Shown: one piece after another, positions 10,890 through 20,989 of the stretch
Position numbering within the stretch: position 1 is the first letter of the stretch
How the letters are laid out: each line of letters opens with the position of its first letter
Assembly: GCA_034226945.1 (NCBI GenBank)
Contig: CP120461.1
Coordinates: 124,001 to 188,000, forward strand
DNA: 64,000 nt
Reading direction: 5' to 3'
From: Picochlorum sp. SENEW3
Lineage: Eukaryota
Translations under genes and position numbers: made by a program
The notes under the pieces: generated by a model
The model's database searches: none
The model's input: the letters and a program-made list of their open reading frames with translations, nothing else
Told to the model about the DNA's origin: nothing

Positions 10890-12440
10890 ATGGCTGACAC
10901 ACAGAAGCAGGGAGACGGTGGTCCCTCTGAACACGACATGTTGCTGGATGCGGCTGCCGTCTTGGCTGAACAAACAGCTGCACCAGAGGAAGAGAAAAAA
11001 GAAGAGCATGAGATGTCTGTGGATGCTGTATGGATTGGTGACGGGGTTATCAAGGAGGAACAGTTTGGCAAGCACATGACGTGTTACAGGGGATTTGAGA
11101 GGAGGGATGTGGGCCAGGTCTTGGTGGGGGATTGCGTCTATTTGTTGCCTGCAGAACCTCATTTACCAAAGTTTATTGCTCAGATAAAAGATTTGTTTGA
11201 TGCCGAAGACGGGAAAAAGATGGCATCTTTCTATTGGTATTTCAGGCCAGAGGAGATTGAGATTGATGCCAAGTTGCCTATTTTTGATAAAGAAGTATTT
11301 GCTGGCGATGAGGTGGCCTCATATCCTTTGGATTTGATATGTGGTAGATGTGATATTTTGGACCCAAAAGCCTTCTTGGGAAAGAGGAAGAGGGGGATTG
11401 ATGCGTCCATGGACCATGTGTTTGTGTGTTCCAGGAAATATGTGCCAGAGGAGGGACGGGTGGTTCCTATCGAAGGAAAGGAAGATGCCGTCTCCGAATA
11501 TGACAGGCACCATATTCTTGTGAATAAGAAGATTGAAGAGAACCCAGCAGTTGCTGGGAAGAAGGTTGCCGGTAGTGACTCGAAGACTCCAAAGCGTGCA
11601 CCTCGACGCAAGAGAAAGGAACCCGAACAGTACTCTCCAGAAAGACCAGTCATCAAAACGACGCGAGGAAGAGTCGTGAACCCGCCAAGGACGTCCTTGT
11701 CGTACAGAAATTTGGATGACAATCAATTGGAAGTGCAGATGGAGGCGCAAAATAAGCCTCAGAAATCAAAGTATGGCCGATGGACAGAGGAGCGATATGA
11801 CGCAGCTCAGGCTTCCTTGGTGAAGATATTGAAAGCTCTTGGAGCGAACAATCCCCACAAAGCAATCTTACGCCCCCTTTTGCGAGAAGAAGCACGAAAA
11901 GCGATTGGTGACACTGGTTTGTTGGATCACCTGCTCAAGCATCTTGCCGATCAGGTTGTGTCACCTGTTGGTGAACGTTTGCGTCGCCGGCATAACAGAG
12001 AGGGTCACATGGAATACTGGTTGCAGGATCCACAAGATGCTGTCAAGGAGGAAAAGATGCTCCATGAAGAAATGACAGCATTGACAGCTGAGTTGAGAGA
12101 GATCAGAGAGGCACGGAATCTCATACAAACGGTTAGGAATGAGGCTGCAGATGCCATCCAAACCATGAAAGTGTTCACCAATAATGCAGATATGGCAGAG
12201 GCGCCAATGACCAGTCCTGTGGCAATGCCTGAGGAAATAAACCTGTCGTTGAGAAGAATGGCGGCAATGTTGGACCGCATTGTCTACGATTTTGGCATGC
12301 TGAGAAACAGGGTGGATTCCATGGCCATGGATCTTGCTCGTCATGAAGGAATGCAGCAAAATCTGGAAAAGTGGGCTACTGAGATGTCAGCACGACTAGA
12401 ATCAATCACACATCTCAACAACCACACACGGTATGTCTGA
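10890..12440 (+). CDS. BAH-domain plus DYAD/SWI1/AMEIOTIC1-like domain protein with C-terminal coiled coil
   Basis: BAH: VGDCVYL...FIAQIKDLF...WYFRPEE...EVF...ICGRC...FVCSRKY. DYAD: GRWTEERY...ILRPLLREEARKAIGDTGLLDHLLKH...RRRHNREGHMEYWL. First ATG follows an acceptor-like tgcag; the 3' end may have a further intron. Confidence 0.85.
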   Translation: MADTQKQGDGGPSEHDMLLDAAAVLAEQTAAPEEEKKEEHEMSVDAVWIGDGVIKEEQFGKHMTCYRGFERRDVGQVLVGDCVYLLPAEPHLPKFIAQIKDLFDAEDGKKMASFYWYFRPEEIEIDAKLPIFDKEVFAGDEVASYPLDLICGRCDILDPKAFLGKRKRGIDASMDHVFVCSRKYVPEEGRVVPIEGKEDAVSEYDRHHILVNKKIEENPAVAGKKVAGSDSKTPKRAPRRKRKEPEQYSPERPVIKTTRGRVVNPPRTSLSYRNLDDNQLEVQMEAQNKPQKSKYGRWTEERYDAAQASLVKILKALGANNPHKAILRPLLREEARKAIGDTGLLDHLLKHLADQVVSPVGERLRRRHNREGHMEYWLQDPQDAVKEEKMLHEEMTALTAELREIREARNLIQTVRNEAADAIQTMKVFTNNADMAEAPMTSPVAMPEEINLSLRRMAAMLDRIVYDFGMLRNRVDSMAMDLARHEGMQQNLEKWATEMSARLESITHLNNHTRYV

Positions 12441-12587
12441 AATGCATCACAATGACTTCTCATACAATGCTGCTGCTGATGTATGTTGAGACACAAATGT
12501 GCAGAGACACTACATCCCTGAGTAAGGAGAAAGAACAAGTACACGAGGACAATCACAGTGGAAAAATGGACCAACAAGCATAATCAA

Positions 12588-13206
12588 TCAAGTACGCTCA
12601 TGAATAATCAGCTCATCCAGCTTCCAGTCCTCGAAACTACTGTCAGGAAGATATCGCCTGATTATGAATGGAATTTTCTTCTCTCTAAGCTCTTTATATG
12701 CAATTTCTAACGGATCAGTCTCCCCTTCAACCTCCACCATGGGAGGTGCATTCATACTAAGCTGCAGTGCTCTGGTACCCAACACCCTAGCCTTCTCGTA
12801 CTTTGTCAAATATCGCGTGGTAATTCTCACTGCATTCCCTTGACCTTGTCCTTCTTCAGTTAATACGTCAACCTCCACACCTGTACATCACAACGTGACA
12901 AACTCGTCAGTCGCATACATGCACAATGCCCCAATCACGTGGAGCAATGCAACCCTAAAATGACATACCATCGGCAGCTGCAGCAGCGTCTACATCAATA
13001 TCATCTTCATCCATCTCATCCTCTCCCCATTGAGGATCTTTGACGGCCTCGTCTTCGAAATCATCTCCGTCAAACCTGCACGAGAGAAAATACACACCCA
13101 TCAGTTCTGTCATGGTTGCAAACCGATTCTTATACATAAAAATATCATAATTAATGGGTGAATGGAGGACGTACACATCGCCTCCTGCGTCTGCAAAATC
13201 TTCCAT
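12588..13206 (-). CDS. RPB6: RNA polymerase I/II/III common subunit RPB6 (3 exons)
   Basis: [28 protein letters not shown]...[11 protein letters not shown] signature; acidic N-terminal exons joined by GT-AG introns (intron 1 ~13077-13174). Confidence 0.95.
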
Positions 13207-14876
13207 GCTTCCTTCTCAGAAAGAGGCGTCTTGACTCTCCGGATGTTGCCGTATTATATTACCTACTATAATTATATATAAATTACTCGTGCTGGAGGAG
13301 GGTCAGGGGCTCAGTTTCTTGCCCAAGTCCATCATCAGAGCCATCCGGGTTTTCGTGTGGGCAGAACCCTGTGTGGGGAACAAAATGGCCTTCTGCAATC
13401 TCACGCTCGACCAATGCTCTCAGGTGATCCATATAACTAGCACCTTTTCTTTTGGCAAGAACAAATGTGTTTGCTGCCTTTGTTTTCACGTGTGGAACGT
13501 GGATGACGTATCCAAATGGATGGACATGGAAGGTGAACCCCTCGCCTCGAAGCTGATTGATGAACGCAATCTTATTCCCTCCATATCCAACGAATCTCTC
13601 ATCACACCAAGGCAAAACTTTTTTATTCAGCACCAAAAATGGTTCGTATTTGGGCTGATAGAATGCCCTGTACGTCATCGGAGCCTCCAACATAATCCAC
13701 TTGGATGTGTTGGTGGGACCATGGCCCCACGGAGCATCTTGGCCATTGAAGGCATCCACCTGGCCTGAGAGGTACTTTTCTCTCATGACACTCTTTCCAG
13801 CAATGGCCATGTTTCGAGCAAAATTCTGGCCCATGATGAGATCCTGATTTCTTTTGGTTATTTCAAACGCAGGAAGGACCAGGGCCTTTTTCTGGGATGT
13901 CAATTCTACCAATTGATTGTACACGGTTGGGTCTCTATATCCTGGGGCCTCCATACCCAGGCCTGCACAGGCAACAAAATCAACATCCAGCATGAATATC
14001 ACCTCTGTTTCTGCCAACTTGATTGCCCTATTTCTCAAGGCATTGATGGGGTATTCCTCTGGATCGAGTGGATCGAGAAATTGGCCCACGAGTTCAATGG
14101 TTAAAACACATGAAGCTGTCTTCTCCATAAAGTAGTGGAAGGCATCAATCCCACGAATGGCGTCGTCCAAGGTTGTGTTTGGGTATGTTGGTATTATGGT
14201 GGTATCCTCAGGACTCTTTTTGTACAGAGGAATGTACACGATGGCGACAAGGGGGTCGTTCCACGAGTAACACTGGTTTTCCAACATTTTCAATCGATCG
14301 TCAGAGAGCTGGGTCATCAGGGTAATGCTCTCCCTTGGCCTCGTTTTTTTACTTTTCCAGGTCTGCACAGAAACTAATCGAGGAACATCTTCATCATAAT
14401 AGCACGGAACGTCAGGTTTTGGACGAGGAGGGGAAAGATCCTGTTCCTCCTCCTCAACCACCGGCACCAGCTTCTCAGCAGACGTCTCCTCCTCTTCCTG
14501 CAGCAGCAGTCTGTGGGCGACGCCCTCCATTCCTTGACCATAGATCATCTGATCTATTTTATTTGTGCTATAAGCACCATTCAGGCCCTGCAGACGGACA
14601 TGTTCGTGAGAATTCGTGTCAAGTTGGCCTGGGGAGTGCACGAGTCGGTTGTCGTCAGAACAAACGCTGCTCAACATACCACGCAGAGACTCAAAACGAT
14701 GCAAAGAAATACTCTTTTCATCATTTTAATATCGTATTGACACTATATTTGCATAATGGGGCCTTTATCTATCAATCACGGACGAAGCGATCTGCACTCG
14801 TCCTCTACTGTCTGTTAGCACCTTAAGACTGCGGCATTACCCATCTAGCATCATTCCGTTTCTATTTTTTATTTTA
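13091..14876. repeat. Tandem duplication unit, copy 1 (~1.78 kb)
   Basis: Near-identical to 15790-17574 at an offset of 2699 bp. Confidence 0.97.
13283..14724 (-). CDS. GT49 / LARGE-like glycosyltransferase, copy 1 (intron 14588-14679)
   Basis: ITLMTQLSDDRL, YPINALRNRA, LDVDF (DxD), ALVLPAFE, YEPFLV, DERFVGYGGNK and HVPH motifs. Exon 1 MMKRVFLCIVLSLCV is a signal/anchor joined by GTG|gtatgt...ctgcag|GGC. Confidence 0.88.
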
Positions 14877-14893
14877 AATAAATAACAGCAGAA

Positions 14894-15789
14894 CTAGTAC
14901 TTTTTGCCCGTGGCTACGCCACTTGCCGAATCTCAATGGTGCCATTTCGCGCCATTGCGCTCAATATTAATATTGAGCCATTAATGGTGCCGAAATTTTC
15001 GGCCCGAAAACCTGGACTCAAGTCAAGTTTGCAATTCATTGGCACTCAGATTGATCAATCATGAGGCATTCATGACCAAAGTCCGATGATCGGAAAGCAT
15101 TTATGTGGCTCCATGGTTCTACAATATAGATGGAATTTAGACACCGTTTGTGGAGTTTGAAGTCAAAAATCACCGTATGGCTCTGTGTGGGTCATCTCCC
15201 CAAGGCTGGTCTGGTCAACATCACTGTCAGACCTCTGTCAACCGCGATCTATTCGAGCATGTGTAGATACAATGGCTCCTCATAGCTCTTTCTTCTCTTT
15301 TGGAGCCTTACAGAGTCTATGAGGTCAATTGCAAAATTTGAAATTGGCCGACTGGGGAGCCATGGCCATGGCTGGATCCAGTCCACGGCCATCAACGATG
15401 GTCCATGATCGAGTTTGGTCCCAAAAGCCCGTCAATCGACTCGTTTTGACGAGCTCTATCGCATGGTGGCCTCGAAAAGTGCAAATTCTTCACGAGTGAG
15501 GAGATTGACGGCAGTATATTTTTCTGGGCACACCCTCGCGAAATCCATTCGCTCGGGCAGGGCTTTTGATAGTGGCATATTTCCGGATTTTTAATGCCAA
15601 ATTCAGTCTCACCATATTTCGCTCGTCAAATATGCCGCGTAATATGCCATTTCGTACTAAATATACCATCAAAATATGTCATATCCTGATGAAATATGCG
15701 AAGTTTGGCCATGTATACGCTGGCTGTAGATGGTACTACAGCATTTCAGCAGTCAAACTTTGAAAGAAATCAGACTGCAAAGGCATCGA
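14894..15789 (-). mobile_element. Probable non-autonomous Helitron (~896 bp)
   Basis: Minus strand begins A^TCGATG at 15789 and ends GTGGC-GTA-GCCAC hairpin, GGGCAAAAAGTA, CTAG^T at 14894. No TIRs, no short TSD, no long ORF. Confidence 0.7.
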
Positions 15790-15905
15790 TACACACCCAT
15801 CAGTTCTGTCATGGTTGCAAACCGATTCTTATACATAAAAATATCATAATTAATGGGTGAATGGAGGACGTACACATCGCCTCCTGCGTCTGCAAAATCT
15901 TCCAT
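15790..15905 (-). pseudogene. RPB6: Duplicated RPB6 fragment (exon 1 and most of intron 1)
   Basis: Identical to 13091-13206 but cut off by the insert before the native splice acceptor. Confidence 0.85.
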
Positions 15906-15981
15906 GCTTCCTTCTCAGAAAGAGGCGTCTTGACTCTCCGGATGTTGCCGTATTATATTACCTACTATAATTATATATAAA

Positions 15982-17423
15982 TTACTCGTGCTGGAGGAGG
16001 GTCAGGGGCTCAGTTTCTTGCCCAAGTCCATCATCAGAGCCATCCGGGTTTTCATGTGGGCAGAACCCTGTGTGGGGAACAAAATGGCCTTCTGCAATCT
16101 CACGCTCGACCAATGCTCTCAGGTGATCCATATAACTAGCACCTTTTCTTTTGGCAAGAACAAATGTGTTTGCTGCCTTTGTTTTCACGTGTGGAACGTG
16201 GATGACGTATCCAAATGGATGGACATGGAAGGTGAACCCCTCGCCTCGAAGCTGATTGATGAACGCAATCTTATTCCCTCCATATCCAACGAATCTCTCA
16301 TCGCACCAAGGCAACACTTTTTTATTCAGCACCAAATATGGTTCGTATTTGGGCTGATAGAATGCCCTGTACGTCATCGGAGCCTCCAACATAATCCACT
16401 TGGATGTGTTGGTGGGACCATGGCCCCATGGAGCATCTTGGCCACTGAAGGCATCCACCTGGCCTGAGAGGTACTTTTCTCTCATGACACTCTTTCCAGC
16501 AATGGCCATGTTTCGAGCAAAATTCTGGCCCATGATGAGATCCTGATTTCTTTTGGTTATTTCAAACGCAGGAAGGACCAGGGCCTTTTTCTGGGATGTC
16601 AATTCTACCAATTGATTGTACACGGTTGGGTCTCTATATCCTGGGGCCTCCATACCCAGGCCTGCACAGGCAACAAAATCAACATCCAGCATGAATATCA
16701 CCTCTGTTTCTGCCAACTTGATTGCCCTATTTCTCAAGGCATTGATGGGGTATTCCTCTGGATCGAGTGGATCGAGAAATTGGCCCACGAGTTCAATGGT
16801 TAAAACACATGAAGCTGTCTTCTCCATAAAGTAGTGGAAGGCATCAATCCCACGAATGGCGTCGTCCAAGGTTGTGTTTGGGTATGTTGGTATTATGGTG
16901 GTATCCTCAGGACTCTTTTTGTACAGAGGAATGTACACGATGGCGACAAGGGGGTCGTTCCACGAGTAACACTGGTTTTCCAACATTTTCAATCGATCGT
17001 CAGAGAGCTGGGTCATCAGGGTAATGCTCTCCCTTGGCCTCGTTTTTTTACTTTTCCAGGTCTGCACAGAAACTAATCGAGGAACATCTTCATCATAATA
17101 GCACGGAACGTCAGGTTTTGGACGAGGAGGGGAAAGATCCTGTTCCTCCTCCTCAACCACCGGCACCAGCTTCTCAGCAGACGTCTCCTCCTCTTCCTGC
17201 AGCAGCAGTCTGTGGGCGACGCCCTCCATTCCTTGACCATAGATCATCTGATCTATTTTATTTGTGCTATAAGCACCATTCAGGCCCTGCATACGGACAT
17301 GTACGTGAGAATTCGTGTCGGGTTGGCCTGGGCAGTGCACGAGTCAGTTGTCGTCAGAACAAACGCTGCTCAACGTACCACGCAGAGACTCAAAACGATG
17401 CAAAGAAATACTCTTTTCATCAT
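15982..17423 (-). CDS. GT49 / LARGE-like glycosyltransferase, copy 2
   Basis: Same exon structure with intact donor (gtacgt) and acceptor (atgcag). Two visible amino-acid changes versus copy 1: AFNG to AFSG and EPFL to EPYL. Confidence 0.88.
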
Positions 17424-17716
17424 TTAAATTTTGTATTGATACTATATATGTGCATAATTGGGCCTTTATCTATCAATGACGGACGAAGCGATCTGCGCTC
17501 GTCCTCTACTGTCTGTTAGCACCTTAAGACTGCGGCATTACCCATCTAGCATCATTCCGTTTCTATTTATTTTACTTGATGCCACGAAAAATGGCAAAAG
17601 GATTAATTGATTGTGTCGGATTGGCGCCAAGCTGGCAGACTGACGTCATACACACTTGTATACTTGATGATGATTATCATGATAAGAGATTGATAAAAAT
17701 GAATTAACGACGTTAT

Positions 17717-20699
17717 CTATCCGAGTTTCATAGTAGCCATCTCCTCTGCCAATTTGATAGCATCTGGGATTGCCTCCTTCTTTGGTCCCATTCCCTGGGC
17801 ACTTGTGGGCTTGCCTCCTCCCTTGCCATCCATGGCACCGAGTGCTTCCTTGACCCATGCACCAGCAGGCAGGGTTGCGGACATGTCTTTTGGTACAGAA
17901 GCGACAGCCATGGCTTTATCTGGGCCTTCTGAGAAGAGCATGACTGGCATACTTGGGTACTCTTTGTGGATGGCGTGGCCAGCTTCTTGCAAGGCTTTGG
18001 CATCCAGCCCGACGCCTTCCACTTGCATGATGAGTTGCTTCTTGCCTGCCTCGGAAGCTTCTGTGGCAGCTTTGAGAGCTGCTTCGACAGCTTTCGCTTT
18101 GTTTGCGGTAGCGACCCTCTTCTGCTCTTCGAAGGCTTTTTTAGACAGTGTTTCCAAGCTTGATCTCAGGTTGGCCTTGACAGATGCAGAAATTACTGCG
18201 GCGTCAATCTCAAGCTTGAGCTCGGTGTTCAGATTGCCAATTTCCGATGCAGGTAATGCAAGGGCATCCTCCATCTTCTTTGCGAGTGCATTCCCAGCGT
18301 CGATGGCATCCTTGGCATCCTGTCCAGTCACAGCGACAATGCGCCTCACACCCTTTGCAATTCCCTCCTCAGAAATCAACGCGAATTCCGTGGCTTCGGA
18401 TGTATTTGAAAGATGAGTTCCTCCACAGAATTCAATAGCAAATTCTGTGTTCTCGGAGTCTCCTGCGAGCAAATCATCCACAGGCTTGCCCACAGAGACG
18501 ACACGAACAGGGTCTGGATATACCTCACCAAATACAGCTCGAAGACCATTGATTTCCTTCGCTTGAGCGAGAGGAACATCTTTAGCATACACATCTCTTG
18601 GAGAAGATACAAAATCGCAGCAAATCGATTCAATGTCTGCAAGTTTGTCAGCAGGAACAGCACCATTGTTTGTGAAGTCAAACCTCAACTTGTCAGGCAT
18701 AACAATAGATCCCCTCTGCTCCACATGATCTCCCAAAACCTGTCGCAACGCATAGTTAAGAATATGAGTGAACGTATGGTTGGGTGCTATACGACTTCTC
18801 CTGACATAATCAACGTCCATGGCAACAGAGTCGCCTGTCGCAACCACACTGTCCCCTGCCTTGGTGTGATGAAGCACATACCCGGCAGCAACAATCACAT
18901 CTTCAATGCCAAGAGTAACATTAGAAGACGTAATGGTACCTGTATCGGCAACCTGACCACCAGCTTCTGCGTAGAATGGCGTCTTGTTCATCACCAACCC
19001 AATTGGCTCACCAACTGGGACATCCTTGGTGCTGTCAACGAATCCATCTCTGGTCAAAATTGCCTGTACCTGTCCCTCAATGCTTCCTTTCTGATATTTG
19101 AAGGAATCATCCGTAAGGCTGATGCCATTGGAGGTCAACCACGCAGTAGCCTCTGCTTCAAACTTGAGAGCCCCTGCACCTCCCTTTTTGGCAGATGCAC
19201 GACTGAGCTCCTTTGCCTCTTCCAAAGCCACCTCAAACCCTTTCATATCCACACTCATTCCAGATTCTTCGGCCATCAATTGTGTCAAATCCGGTGGGAA
19301 ACCAAACGTATCCCAAAGAACAAATGCATCCTTCCCACTGATCTGATCTCCCTGAGTTGAGTTTGCAAACTTTTTAAACTGCTCAATACCTCGCACGAGT
19401 GTCTTGGAGAATGAAGCTTCTTCCTCTCGAATCACTTCGCGAATATATTCCTTCTTCTCGACCAATTCTGGATACGTACCACCCAGCACCTCCACAACAA
19501 CATCCACAAGGCTGGAGAAGAACCCTTCTGGCCCACCCAATGTCTGTCGACCATACCGAACAGCACGCCTCAACACACGCCTCAACACATACTCGCGTCC
19601 CTCATTTCCTGGCCTAGCACCATCCGCAATCGCAAAGCACAAGGTACGAATATGATCCGCCACAACCCTGTATGCCATATCCTTGTTGTTCACATCATCC
19701 TTGCCAATCTTATCCGTATATGGCTCCGCATGACCAGTCGCCTTTTGAATAGCTTCAAAAATAGGAATGAAAAGATCCGTAGCGTAATTACTCCTCTTCC
19801 CCTGCAAAATACTCGTCACACGCTCCAACCCAGCACCAGTATCAACATGCTTGGCAGGCAATGTCTTCAACTCCCCATCTGCCTCCCTATTGAACTGAAT
19901 AAACACAATATTCCAAATCTCCAACACATCAGGATCATCCATATTCACCAGCTCTGGCACCTCTCGCCCTCCAATTCGGTCGAAATGAATCTCAGACGAA
20001 GGCCCACATGGACCCTGCTCTCCCATCTCCCAGAAATTATCCTTTGCCCCAAACGGCAACACCCTATGCTCTGGAAGATACTTCAACCAAATATCCCTCG
20101 ATTCCGTATCCGCTGGAAGCCCCAACGCCTCATCACCTCCAAAATAGGACGCATACAACTGCTCTTTAGGCAATTTGTACACCCCAGTCAACAACTCCCA
20201 TGCCATACAAATAGCCTCTTCCTTGAAATAATCTCCAAACGACCAGTTCCCCATCATCTCAAAGAATGTATGGTGATAATTGTCCTTGCCCACATCGTCA
20301 AGATCATTGTGCTTTCCTCCAGCACGAATACACTTTTGAGTATTACAAGCCCTCTTCAACTTGGACAAATCGCTGTTTGGATCCACCGTTCCCAGAAAAA
20401 TTGGCTTGTACTGGTTCATCCCTGTCCATATATCACATATATCAGCAAATTCGCTTCACATCTGGATCAAGCGCAACACACGTACCAGCATTGGCAAACA
20501 ACAGCGTGGGATCATTGATTGGAACAACGCTCGAACTGGGCCAATTCACGTGATTTTTTGATTTAAAGTATTCAATAAAACTGGTTCTAACCTGATCCCC
20601 AGTCCAATTCGTTGCAGCCATTTTCACAGCAGTTCTGGGGTGTGCGCTACTCAAATTACCCATTCGTCCACGGATGTGCGCAGATATACACAATCGCAT
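17717..20699 (-). CDS. AlaRS: Alanyl-tRNA synthetase (intron 20422-20485)
   Basis: [38 protein letters not shown], editing motifs HTFTH and EFCGGTH, C-Ala GKGGGK. Confidence 0.97.
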
Positions 20700-20989
20700 C
20701 AATCAAAGGTATACTATGTGTATCTGACGGATTAAAAGTATTTACAATGCACAAGAGTGCGGTTGGTATTCTTTCATGAGATCTAGATGTCTGTCTCTTA
20801 TGCCTAGGAGAGATCTCTCTCCACATACATCCATGGCCATGGCATCACAGTAGCAGGTATACGGCTTCTACTCTTGTTACATTGTGGACTCGTAGTAATG
20901 TACAATGAAAAATGAAGGAACAAAACTTGAAAGCAAAGCAGCATTGCGATGAAGATGGTAATCATAATAATACAAGGGATTTGTTTGTT

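Larger units (their letters stand above)
15790..17574. repeat. Tandem duplication unit, copy 2
   Basis: Near-identical to 13091-14876. Confidence 0.97.

Noticed and set aside
15490..15763. Short ORFs inside the insert as a transposase
   Set aside because: Only 60-65 aa, with non-ATG starts and no Rep/helicase or DDE motifs.
17754..20518. Long plus-strand ORFs (220-315 aa) opposite AlaRS, and similar antisense ORFs throughout the window
   Set aside because: Antisense shadows of real genes with no domain signatures.
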